Shown here: in pieces, positions 14,061 through 25,830 of the stretch
How the letters are laid out: every line of letters begins with the position of its first letter
Numbering within the stretch: position 1 is the stretch's first letter
Origin: Nemertoderma westbladi
Lineage: Eukaryota; Animalia; Xenacoelomorpha
Length of the DNA: 64,000 bases
Direction of reading: 5' to 3'
Assembly (NCBI GenBank): GCA_032718475.1
Contig: JAUCBJ010007556.1
Span: forward strand, 1 to 64,000
Made by a program: the position numbers and the translations under genes
Notes under the pieces: model-generated
Database searches by the model: none
Told to the model about the DNA's origin: nothing
Seen by the model: the letters and a program-made list of their open reading frames with translations, nothing else

Positions 14061-15460
14061 GTGACGCTTACACACTATAAGGAAATCCGCAATGCAACAA
14101 CTGCTGCTATATCTTGCGCAAAGAAAAACTACATTAAGGAAAAAATACAGACATACAAAACAGACTCAAAAAAACTATGGAAGGAATTGAAAAGCCTTGG
14201 CACTCCCAGCAACCAAACATTGCATACAATAACAAGTATCAAAACAGGCGAAAGTATAGTCAGTGATCCACTGAGAATAGCAGAGGATTTCAACGTATAT
14301 TTCTCTACAATCGCATCAGAACTGGTAAAACGTCTGCCACAAGGTACAGGAGAATTTAATCTGGCAGCAACAGACAGATATTATCGGTCGCAGGGTGTCC
14401 CCCTGGACACTTTTGAGATCCGAAAAGTAAACATCACGTATGTAGCAGAGATCTTGGATGGGCTGGCAGAACATAAAAGTCCCGGCATCGATGGTCTAAC
14501 CCCAATGTATCTACGTGACTCCAGCGTTGCTATAGTGGAAGCTCTAACACATGTTATCAATCTGTCGATATCAACAGCCATATTCCCATCGATATATAAA
14601 ACTGCAAAGGTGACACCAATCTACAAAAAAGAATGTAGACTTACCAAGGGTAACTTCCGCCCAGTCTCACTCTTATCAATCCTGTCAAAGGTTCTAGAAC
14701 GTATAGTATTTATACAGTTTGTTGCATACCTTGTCGAGTACAAGATTCTAGACCCCCTTCAATCTGGCTTCCGAAAGGGCTTCTCTGTAGAGACATGTCT
14801 ACTATTCCTGAATGACGTCATCAAAACATCTGCAGACAATGGCATGGTGACTGGGGTTATACTAATAGACCTTCGCAAAGCATTTGACACCGTCAGCCAT
14901 GAAATCCTTCTAAAAAAGCTATCACTAATAGGCTTTAAATCATCAGCAGTAGCATGGTTCCACTCGTATTTGGAGAATAGAAAACGGGTTGTCTGTGTTG
15001 GGGGGGTATGTTCGAGTGAAGCGATAGTAGATACAGGAGTACCACAAGGAGGTCTATTGGCAGTTTTGCTCTTCTTAATATATGGAAACGACCTAAATAT
15101 GGCCATCAACCCGGCTACATGCTTCTCTGGATCAAATCTACAGTCATTGAGACCCAAAGATGAACTCCATAGCGTAAACCTAGAACCCCAAACAGAGTCG
15201 GATGTAACTTCTACAGAACCACATACTTTGTCCTTGAAGCTAGCCGATGATGCCAACCTCATTGCCTCCCACCAAAACCCATCAGCTGTTGCAAATACGC
15301 TAGAAATTATGCTAGACAAAGTATACTCATGGGCTACTGAAAACAAATTAAGTTTGAACTTCGAAAAAACTAAAAGCATTCTTTTTGAAACTCACCAGCG
15401 ACTAAACAACGCTCACCCGCTCAATATTACATGCGCTGGGATCCCTACTGCCCTATTGAA
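14061..15460 (+). mobile_element. Internal fragment of a non-LTR retrotransposon ORF2 (L2/CR1 group reverse transcriptase), truncated at both ends
   Basis: Motifs KSPGIDG, AKVTPIYKK, NFRPVSLLSILSKVLE, QSGFRKG, IDLRKAFDTVSH, GVPQG, LADD and W...NKLSLNFEKTK. Confidence 0.9.
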
Positions 15461-15629
15461 GAAAAAAAAACTGTTCAGTTACAGTTAGTTACTTTTACTA
15501 CTTATAACTTACTACTTACTATATATTTTTATCTAATGATCTATTTTATTTGAAATAAATTTCATATGTGCAATTTTTGACTATGGCTGTATGGGTGTAA
15601 TAATAATTATAATAATAATAATAAAATTG

Positions 15630-15760
15630 ACATATCCCGATCGGGATATATTACCTTTATGAGGGTATATCCGTATATCCCGATCGGGGTATATTTATAT
15701 ATCCCGATCGGGATATATTTATATAGGCCTATCCCGATCGGGATAGGGAACCCTACTGTA
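15630..15760. repeat. Cluster of four ATCCCGATCGGG(AT) palindromes, probably a MITE remnant
   Basis: The palindrome recurs at ~15634, 15677, 15701 and 15731, and the cluster ends in CCCTACTG like the neighbouring element terminus. Confidence 0.6.
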
Positions 15761-16547
15761 CGTACCGGTACGCCATACGTACGTCATACGACGTACGTCA
15801 GTCTGTCTGTCTTTCAGTAGGCCTACTTAACATACAGTCATACAGTAGGGAACATACCCTTAAATAAGCTCCAAAAGTGGGTTCTTATTTAAGGAAAATG
15901 GCTCTTATTTAGGGGTTTTTGGGCCTTTTTTGGATATTTTTTCGACATAATATGCAAGAACTTGTTTCAGTAAAAAATACCGCATCATTTTATTTCACAA
16001 TATAAAAGTTGGTTCTTTCTTGAACATAATGCAAAAAACCAAAAAACATTTCACCGTCCGGTTTTTTTTCTACAAGCGTTTTAAAATTGCATCAAAAATA
16101 CGACCAGCTCCTAAATAAGAGGGATTTTTTAAATTTACCTTATTTAAGCCATCGAAATTGTATACATAAATACTAAAAGTCCTTAAATAAGAACTTTTTG
16201 ACATGGGTTTCTTATTTAGGTACCGGTACCCTATGCAATTTCATTCCAAAATCTGCATACTCCTTAAATAAATTAAATATTTCTCATTTCTCATATATTA
16301 AATTAAATAAATTAAATAAAATAAATTAAATTAAATAAATTAAATTAAATAAATGAAATTAAATAAATTAAATTAAATATCCTTATATAATGTCTCGTAT
16401 AACCTCGTCTCCCAGCCCCGTCCTCCTTCTGCCCTTATCTGCTTATGACAGTTATGACCTCCTACCTGCCTAACCTGGACAGGACTTTGCAAGATGCAGA
16501 GATACAGTAAGGGAGCTTCTGAGCTTAATTGGATAGGTGCAAAAATG

Positions 16548-18116
16548 CACAACGAGCAACAATGACCAACAATAAGCAACAACGAGTAACAAATGAACAA
16601 TGAGTAACAAAACAACGAGTAACAACGAGCAACAACGAGTAACATTGAGCCACAATGAGCAATAATAAAGTACAATAACGAGCAATAATGAGGAACAACG
16701 ACTGGTACAACAACCAGCAACAATGAGCAACAGTGAGAAACAACGAACAACAATGAGCAATGATGAGGAACAACGACTGAACGAGCAACAATGAGCAACA
16801 ACGAGTAACATTGAGAAACAACGAACAACAATGAGCAATAATAAAGTACAACAATGAGCAACAACGAGAAAAAAGCGAGCAACAATGAGGAACAACGACT
16901 GAACGAGCAATAATAAACAACAACGAGCAACAATGAGCAACAACGAGTAACAATGAGTAATAATGAGCAACAACGAGCAATAATAAAGTACAACAACGAG
17001 AAACAATGACCAATAATTAGGACTTGAGGAACAATGAGTAACAACAATGAGCAACAATGACAATGAGTAACATTGAGCAATAATAAAGTATAACAACGAG
17101 TAACATTGAGCAACAACGAGCAACAACTGAACAATGAGAAACAATGAGCAACAACGAGAAACAGCGATAGCAACAATGAGGAACAACGACTGAACGAGCA
17201 ATAATAAAGAACAACAACGAGTAACAATGAGCAACAACGAGAAACAACAAACAACGAGCAATAATGAGCAACAACGACTGAACGAGCAACAACGAGTTAT
17301 ATTGAGCAGCACCAAGTTATATTGAGCAACAATAAGCAATAATAAAGTACAACAACGAGCAACAATGAGCAACAACGACTGAACGAGCAACAACGAGTAA
17401 TATTGAGCAACAACGAGCAACAATGAGCAATTATAAAGTACAACAACGAGCAACAATGAGCAACAACGATTGAACGAGCAACAACGAGTAATATTGAGCA
17501 ACATCGAGCAATAATAAAGTACAACAACGAGAAACAACGAGCAACAATGAGGAACAACGATTGAACGAGCAATAATAAAGTACAACAACGAGCAACAATG
17601 AGTAACAATGAGCAATAATGAGCAACAACGAGCAATAATAGAGTACAACGAGCAACAATGAGCAATAATAAAGAACAACAACGAGCAACAATGAGCAACA
17701 ACGAGCAATAGCAATAATGAGCAACAACGACTGAACGAGCAACAACGAGTTATATTGAGCAACAACGAGTTATATTGAGCAACAATAAGCAATAATAAAG
17801 TACAACAACGAGCAACAATGAGCAACAACGACTGAACGAGCAACAACGAGTAATATTGAGCAACAACGAGCAACAATGAGCAATAATAAAGTACAACAAC
17901 GAGCAACAATGAGGAACAACGATTGAACGAGCAATAATAAAGTACAACAACGAGCAACAATGAGCAACAATGATCAATAATGAGCAACAACGAGCAATAA
18001 TAGAGTACAATGAGCAATAATAAAGTACAACTAACGAGCAACAATGAGCAACAATAATGACCAACAATGAGAAATAATAAAGCACAACGAGCAGCAATAA
18101 GCAACAACGAGCAACA
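16548..18116. repeat. Cryptic simple-sequence array of AAC/AAT-based 9-12-bp units (GAGCAACAAC/GAGCAACAAT/AATAATAAAGTAC) inside the TIR element
   Basis: Directly visible. It explains the Cys/Leu-rich minus-strand ORFs at 16373-18179. Confidence 0.92.
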
Positions 18117-18133
18117 AACTGCGTCGAACCGGA

Positions 18134-18467
18134 TTGAATGTGGGGGAAAGCCACGTTCAAGCGAGTGAAGCCTTAGCATATGGGTGCTATTAACGAGTTG
18201 TCTGTCGTGGTTGTAAATTTGTTATCGCTAATAACTCTGTCATTCCTTGATGAAATTAAACGAAACTTAGTATGTATATATGTCAGTATGTAGTCTGTCA
18301 AAAGATTAGAAATAATCTGAAGTTAGGTAAAAAACAAACGAAAGCAATGACAGAATGAGGCAAATTAAGGAGACGAGTATTGTGTTGAACGACCTCTGAC
18401 TAACGAAAGACAACATGTTAATGGGGTGGGGCCCCTATCAGCTAGGGCTAGCTAAGGCTTTGCTCAC
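18134..18467 (-). mobile_element. HINE/Helentron-like non-autonomous element
   Basis: Subterminal inverted repeats GCGAGTGAAGCCTTAGC (18161-18177) and GCTAAGGCTTTGCTCAC (18451-18467). An adjacent hairpin TTGAATGTGG...CCACGTTCAA (18134-18160) gives the subTIR-plus-3'-palindrome layout of HINEs. Confidence 0.5.
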
Positions 18468-21340
18468 TTCATGCTGCGCAAAGGTCCCACGAAGGTGTCC
18501 CACTGCTGCCTGAGCCAGTTGAGCCAAAACGTCATCCAGTCATCATCGTCAACCTTCATAACTGCATAACGTCTATAAGCTGCCCGACCGAACCACATTG
18601 AGGAATGTGCAGATTTTGGAATACAATTGTATTCCTAAATTAGAAACCCAGGTCAAAAAGTTCTTATTTAGGGACTTTTAGTATTTATGTGTACAATTTC
18701 GATATCTTAAATAAGGTAAATTTGAAAAATCCCCTTATTTAGGAACTAGTCGTATTTTTGATGCAATTTTAAAATGCTTGTAGAAAAAAAACCGGACGGT
18801 GAAATGTTTTCTGGTTTTTTGCTTTATGTTCAAGAAAGACCCAACTTTTACATTGTGAAATAAAATTATGCGGTATTTTTTCCTGAAACAAGTTATTGCA
18901 TATTATATCGAAAAAATATCCAAAAAAGGCACAAAAACCCCTAAATAAGAGCCATTTTCCTTAAATAAGAACCCACTTTTGGAGCTTATTTAAGGGTATG
19001 TTCCCTACTGTCATACGTGTCAATGTCAACAAGTCAACACATGCAGACATGTCAATCTGTCAATGGCTGAATGGTGACATGGTGCATGGAACATGTCAAT
19101 ATTGACATCATGTTAATTTTGAGATTGAACACATCAAGTCTAGTTTAGTTTAGTTTAGTTTAATACGCCAAATGCAAATTAAAATTAATACATACAGCAC
19201 ATAAATTCTTATAAAACACAATGAACTGGCAAATCTATAAGGATTCTACGCATATGCGTATATTTCTTTTATGAAGTACTGCAGGTAAGTTACATACATT
19301 ATAGGTACAAACATATAACATATTACAAACATAAATAAACAATAAACAGATAGTGGGGTTCAAAATTATACGACGTAGATTGTAAGTAAAAATCACAATG
19401 TTGATAATTTTACATATTGCAATAAAAAATAAACATAAAAGGCACGTTATGATTAAAATGTTTCTATTAAGAACGATACAGTAAAAACTTCGATGTGTGC
19501 AATAATATTAAAAAAAACAAATAAAAAATAATAAAAATAATAAAAAATACCGTGCACTTCATATGAAAATATTAAAAACAAAGAACCTGATATTTATTTA
19601 AGTAAAAATTGTAATTACAATGATACAAAAGAAAAATTTAATTTAATATAAGTACCGATGGAATGTAAACTGGGCAGTGGCAACTTGTCTAACTGGTATA
19701 TCACTATAAATATTCATTTTGGACTTCATGGCACAATCAAGACGATTTTTAAATAAGTTTACACTAGGATTACCATGAAAATCTCGAGCATTAACAACAT
19801 TCTCATCCAACATATTCCATAAGTTTATCACACGAGACGCAAAACTGTTAGTGTGGAACAGATGTTGACCCGCGGTGTTTCGTTTGTACAATGTCAGTGA
19901 TGAACCTCTTGTCGAATATGAGTGACGCTGGCTTCTGAGTTCAAAAAAGTTACTATAGTCTACGTTATCAAGTTTGTGAACAAACTTGTATGTTGATATC
20001 ATATCCGCTCTAGCTCGTCTGTAAATCAGTGTCGGTATTTTAAGTGAACGAAGACGCTCCTCATATGACAGATGCTGTAGTGAAGGTACCATACGGGTTG
20101 CGCGGTGTTGCACTTGTTCTATGTGCTCGATATCCTTTTGAAGATACGGTGACCATACAACTGTACCATATTCGAGTAGCGGACGAATTATAGACTTATA
20201 TAACTTGGTAAACATTATCGGTTCCATAAACGTGAATGTGTGTTTTACTAAGTTAAGAATACGTGTCGCACGAGCAGCAATATTAGAACAATGAGCGGAG
20301 AATGACATATTGGAACTAAAAGTAACACCAAGGTCTTTCTCTTCGCATACTGCATCCAGAACTGTGTTAGACATGTAGTATGGCGTTGATGGATTTCTAC
20401 GACCAAGGTGAAGTATTTTACACTTTGAAAAATTAAACTGTAAGTGCCATTTGTTTGCCCATTCAACAAGCCGGTTTAAGTCTGCTTGCAAGAAGTTGGT
20501 GTCGTCCGTACTAGAAATTTGTCTGTATATTTTCGTATCATCTACAAATATCTTACAACAAGATGTGATCATATCAGGAACATCATTAACGAAGATCAAG
20601 AATAATATTGGCGCAGTAACAGTCCCCTGAGGAACGCCACTGGTCACCATTCGAGTCCCACTTAATACTCCATTAACCAGTCAGGGAGATCATCAAATTT
20701 GAGAATACCTCAAATTTCAAATTATAGACCCAATTTTGGAATTACCTCAAATTTAATACAAGGTTAGGTTAATTCTCTAAATTTGAGTTTTACCCCAAAT
20801 TTGAATTTCATAGCAGTATAGTCAGAAGTCATAGTTGGCCTAGTTCAGTAGTTGTTAGCTTGTTACTGTATTCAGGTATTGCAAAGGTAAAAAAATAAAC
20901 TGATGTATGTAGGCCTAGTGTCTGAGTGTTGTGAAATATAATATTTAAAACATATTCAGTATTAGTTTAAAAAGGCTTATGCTTAAAAAGGATACTTACT
21001 GGTAGGGGTGCAGTGGGTTGGTGGTGGTATGATCAGATGGTAGACATATAAAACGAAGTACAGAGCTTAAAGAACTTATATTTTTATATTGTTACTTTTT
21101 TGCTTGAATATGCCCTAAAACTAGGCCTACTTTTTTCCCTAATGGTACGGTAGGGAAAAAGTTGTCCCCATAATATCTGAATATTGTAACTTTTTGTTGG
21201 GCACAGCTTTTGCAAAGTCGGCAACACAGCAACCTGCAATAATATTGAATAATATTGCCACATAATAATGTACCATGTAGAGCCATAATTTTGCATTGAT
21301 TTTACTTTTTCTCCTGGTAAAAAAAAGTAAAATAAAACAT

Positions 21341-21616
21341 TGGCACTTGTATCAAATAGGGGACCCTCCTACTGTCCTAGCTCCTAATCTGCTAATCCTG
21401 AAATCACCTAAACTAAAGTCACTTTCACTTAGTGCCCGGTTACAGGGTTAGCAAAGGAGCAGAGCAGGTTACAGAGGTGAGTTGAAAGAAACCAAAAAAC
21501 AATAAACAAGAGTTACGAATATTGATATCACCTGCACTAAATTTCAGGATTAGCTGGTGATTTCAGGATTAGCAGGAGGGCTGGAGGGTCACCTATTTGA
21601 TTTGACACAAGTGCCA
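21341..21616. mobile_element. MITE nested in the 2.5-kb element
   Basis: Inverted arms TGGCACTTGT.TCAAATAGG.GACCCTCC...CTGCTAATCCTGAAATCACC versus GGTGATTTCAGGATTAGCAG...GGAGGGTCACCTATTTGA...ACAAGTGCCA. The internal GCAGGTTACAG..GTG...AACCAAAA.CAATAAAC motif also occurs twice at 12430-12545. No clear TSD. Confidence 0.7.
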
Positions 21617-21859
21617 AAATATTTATGGTGGAATTTCTAAAATCTCATTGAATGTGTTGATCAAAGCCAAATCCATCCCTACACACTATTGCAATGCAAC
21701 TTTAGTGCCTGCAAGGTGTACTCCAGAGATGAGATAAAACCTCGAGAATAGGTTAGTGAAAAAGGTTATACTTTTTGCCCAAGTTATAAATGATTCTGGT
21801 TCCTCATAAGGTCAAATTAAAAGGATGTATGTATATATATGTATAGTATAAACAAACAG

Positions 21860-22380
21860 TCACCTAGATTTCTAAAACATTTCCGATGTCTTGATAAGAA
21901 AGCAGAGTCTAAAGACTGTTTAAAAGAATAGCGATTAGTGATGTTCCATATGTTAATGACCCTGATAAAGAATAGGTGATGTATGGAACATGCAGACATG
22001 GCAGCACGGGCAGATGGGCGGGGCATGGCCTTTGCTTCATAATTTTATATATATGGCCAGGTCATGATTGCATTGGATGTCTGGCTGGGTGGGATATTAA
22101 AATAGTCTGCTAGGATGTTGCACATTGTTGTAATGGAGGATCAGGTTTAGATCTTTACATATAAGTTTAAAGCACATTATCAAATTGAACTTTAATTGAT
22201 GTATTATTGTATACTGCAGTAGTAGGTAGTGGTTCCAACTTTCTCCAGTCGTATAGAATAACTAACAAAAGAATCAAGTCCACATATATTGTATAAACCA
22301 CGTCAACCTTTGCGGCAACATTTGTCTAGAAATGGGCTCCAAACTGTGGAAGAATGATGGTACAGTATTCCAATTGACAG
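21860..22380 (-). mobile_element. Heavily decayed CR1-like 3' fragment carried inside the 2.5-kb element
   Basis: FFIRVINIWN...SFKQSLD resembles the CR1 ORF2 C-terminus. LEYC...VWSPFL and VDVVY...D remnants lie upstream. Confidence 0.45.
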
Positions 22381-24009
22381 ATAGAGCTAGGGCAGGCGAA
22401 TATTACATAAGTCTTCAGGCTGTCAGGAGAGGAATGGCTTCATTTGATATACAAAGTTTTAAAGAGGACATCAACAACCAGAGAACATATTTTTTTCCCA
22501 AAGATGTGTGATATGAATGATGATGATGAACAGAACAGATGAAGGCCAGAATGTAAACTTCCAAATTCTGGAATTGATTCAACATCTACAAGATATAATA
22601 GGCAGCTGTCAGGCTGTATGAGCTTGAATCTCGCAACAGTTATGATTTGGTCCACTGTTCTTCTTACCAACAGTAAGGCTGTAAGGATAGCGAATTTCTC
22701 TAGTCTTCTGCATTTTTCTCACCAATCACTAACGGAGTTATAAAGTTATTGACTGTAAGTTGCTATGCTGTAAGGTTAAGCCTACCCTGCATACATGTCA
22801 TGTCACAGGTTACACTGGTCACCCATTCTCACCAAGCTCTATAAGCACTAAGCAGCAAAGCCTACTGCTACACCCTACTGCTGGCAGGCTGGTGATGTTG
22901 TAAAGACTGGCAAAATTTGAGGTTTTGTCTCAAATTTGAGGTTTAACCTCAAATTTCAATTTTCGCCCCCAATAAAAGCATGTTTGCATCGGTGAAATAT
23001 TTTATTGCATCGATAAAAGTTCTTATTTTACATTATATTTTAACATATTAAAAGTAGAAGTTGCTCCAACAGTTTCCCTAAGTCGCAGCAACACTCGATA
23101 TTATGAGTCTAAAAATACCTCAAATTTGAACAAAAAACCCCAATTTTCGACAGTCTATTACCAGAATTCGAAATTTGGGGTAACCCCAAAATTGATGATC
23201 TCCCTGACTGTTAACCCTAACAGTTTGGGTACGCCCAGTAAGAAAGTTACCTATCCAAACTAAAACGTTGCCCTTTACACCATAACTCTCTAATTTATGC
23301 AGTAGCAGGGTGTGTGAGACAGTGTCAAAGGCTCGTCTTAGATCGAGATACACAACATCAGCTCCAAGAGAATGCAGTTCATCTACAAAGTTGCAGAAGT
23401 CTTCCACTACTTCTAGTAACTGTGTAACTGTAGAACGGTGAGCACGAGCTCCGTGCTGGGCATCAGTGAAAATATTATTTCCTTCAAAATGACAAATAAG
23501 TGCATCACGAATAAACTTCTCACAGACCTTAGCCAAGATACAAGTAAGGGATATGGGACGATAGTAAGTCAAGCAGTCAAGGTCAAGGCTGCAAGGTCAA
23601 TACAGCAATAGGCTGATAGGATAGGCTGCAGAACTGCAGAATGGACTTACGACCTACGGTAGGCTGTACCTAACTGCCTAATACATAATAGCAGAATAGT
23701 ACCGTAATAATCTAAATCCAAGGTTATCCTGTCTGCCTGTTATCAAGGTAAGGATGGGCTGGCAGCTGGGTATTAGTACAGTAGTACGTTTGAACGACAC
23801 TAGCCAAACAAGCCTAAAACCAGATAAATAATGGTACCGGTACCGGTATAGCAGTATTGTGCACCACCTTGCGGATTGCATGGGTATTATTTATTAGCTG
23901 GACTGGCTTGGCTACTGCAGTACTGCTAAGACTGTAAGTTTCTGACTAACTGCTGAACTGATTACCGGTACCTAATGCTGTAATGGCAGGCTGCAGGCAG
24001 GCGCAGGCG

Positions 24010-24280
24010 GGTGTTTGAAAAAGGTGGACTGGACACAGAAAACACGGACAACGGACAGACCAATCAGAATTGTATTATGCAAAGCAGTTTGTAGCAATTG
24101 GTCTGTCTACCTTTTTCAAGTTTTCGCTTTCTTAGTTACATAATTGGGAATAAGATGTGTGTTTGAAAAAGGTGGACTGGACACTCAGGCACAACAAGCA
24201 TAGATAACAGTCTGACCAATCAGAAACGTATTAAAGCAACGCTATTTATTAGTGATTGGACTGTCGACCTTTTTCAGGTT
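24010..24280. repeat. Two tandem ~150-bp units, each a small fold-back (TGAAAAAGGTGGAC...GTC.ACCTTTTTCA) enclosing GACCAATCAGAA
   Basis: Units start at ~24011 and ~24159. Inverted ends are visible in both. Confidence 0.65.
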
Positions 24281-25830
24281 TCAATTATTTATCTATAATG
24301 GTCATGCTGGAAGCAGCTGTATTAAGACTGCTGCCGGTGTCCTAGGCGTATCTACCCCCCCCCCCCCCCCCCCCGCGCAGATTGCCCTCCTATACACTTA
24401 CAGTATAATAATAGTAGGTCTAGCGCACCGTACAGCACTTTAACTTGGATTTATTGGTTTATTTTTGTGGTTGGGTTAGTTGGTCAGGCCCAAACCATAA
24501 TTAAAACTCTCATTAGTAACCCTATAACCTTAAAGTCCCGATGCTCTAATCTAAGAAATTTTGTGGAATTTAGGATCCAAAATATTTAGGGTTGGGGTTA
24601 CATGACAGTTTTAATTAAGGTTTTGGGCTTCCATTTCCACTTTGAATTAGGGTTTCGTAAGTAGTTAAATAGAGAAATACAAATTAAACACAGCTAATGT
24701 AATTGAATATATACAAGTCTAAAATGAGGAAATTTTTTAAATTTTTTCGTAAGACATTCCAAATTCTAAGCTGTACCGAGACCATTTTGGAATTTATATA
24801 TAATATCAAGAATATAATATAAGAATATAAATAGAATAGAAAGAATATAATATCAATATTTAACTTACAAAGCGTATTAGTCAAAAATCCATTGAAATTC
24901 ATAGTACATAGGTTCATAGTTCAATAGTATCCATAAGAGTTCAACCAAAGGTGGCTGGCTGGCTATTATACTGGCATAACATTATTTCTGCGTCATGGGA
25001 TGTTTGTACTAATACCCAATTGGTAAAGATAATATACATGGTGGGATAATTGGTGAATAACATTTAACAAGAAAATAGTCAGTGTCAGTCAATGCCGCGT
25101 GAAACTGTATTTGCGTAGTGATAACATATCGAAATTTATCTGATGACGACATGTACTGTACGTTCGAGTACAGTAACCGCCCACGACTTTAAAGTTATTT
25201 AATGTTATCAGTGAGACATCACCGAATTATACTTGAGTTTTACAAATATATGTGTGTGTGGAGTCAGAAGCCATTAATAATGACTGAGGGGCCAATATGG
25301 CTGTTCTATAGTCCCATTACTAGATTTTACATTCTTAAGAACTAAAGTACGCACACAGGATGTAGCCGTAGAGTTAAAAACAGTTATTATTTTATAATAA
25401 TATGGATATATCATTCACTATCACATAAGACATAAACTGTAACTGTAAATGGGATGGGCCTATTGTAAAACTCTACCTACAGAGGAACGCACATTATAAA
25501 TGGAATATAAAAAGACTTACAATGTCTAACTAAAAAATCATATTTATCAACATAATATTATAAGATACAGTTATATACATTTATACACGTCTATTTGGTT
25601 AAATGCCTATAAAGATATAGTTAAATGTCTATATAAATATACCAAATACAGTAAAACGCTATAGACTATAGTAATGCGTTTTGTATGCCAACATACAGAT
25701 ACCAGTTTATGTATACGCGAGAAAAAAAAGAGTTAATAAAAGTTTTAGGGGCCTTTAGGGGTTTTATATGCTAACAGTTTAGTAGGTTAGTGCAATGTAA
25801 TGTAGTTTGTTGACTCTGGATGCCTTCGGG

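Larger units (their letters stand above)
15843..19010. mobile_element. Non-autonomous DNA transposon with ~410-bp TIRs (CAGTAGGGAACATACCC...) and TSD TCATA
   Basis: 15843-~16260 is the reverse complement of ~18605-19010 at high identity. Flanks read gTCATA|CAGTAGGG and CCCTACTG|TCATAc. TTAAATAAG/CTTATTTA subrepeats occur within the TIRs. Confidence 0.9.
20678..23210. mobile_element. 2.5-kb non-autonomous DNA transposon, 19-bp TIR CAGTCAGGGAGATCATCAA, 5-bp TSD TTAAC
   Basis: TIRs at 20678-20696 and 23192-23210, with TTAAC at 20673-20677 and 23211-23215. Multiple CTCAAATTT/AAATTTGAG subterminal repeats at both ends. TSD length is confirmed by in-frame restoration of the CR1 ORF. Confidence 0.93.
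19140..23572 (-). mobile_element. 5'-truncated CR1-type LINE, RT split in two (23572-23211 and 20677-19643) by a DNA-transposon insertion
   Basis: YRPISLTCILAKVCE, YLDLRRAFDTVSH, SGVPQG, FVDD, W..KWHLQFNFSKC, EKDLGV, RPLLEYG..VWSPY and F..RVINLWN are all present. The 3' UTR ends in an (AAACT)n tail at 19140-19161. Removing the insert plus one TSD restores ...RTQTVRVNGVLSGTRMVTSGVPQG in frame. Confidence 0.93.

Noticed and set aside
14759-15379. 206-aa minus-strand ORF, and similar antisense ORFs over MED29 and the retroelement ORFs
   Set aside because: Antisense shadows of recognisable coding sequence on the opposite strand.
16373-18179. Long Cys/Leu-rich ORFs up to 569 aa
   Set aside because: Translations of a GTT/ATT-rich simple repeat that is open in several frames. 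No domain signal.
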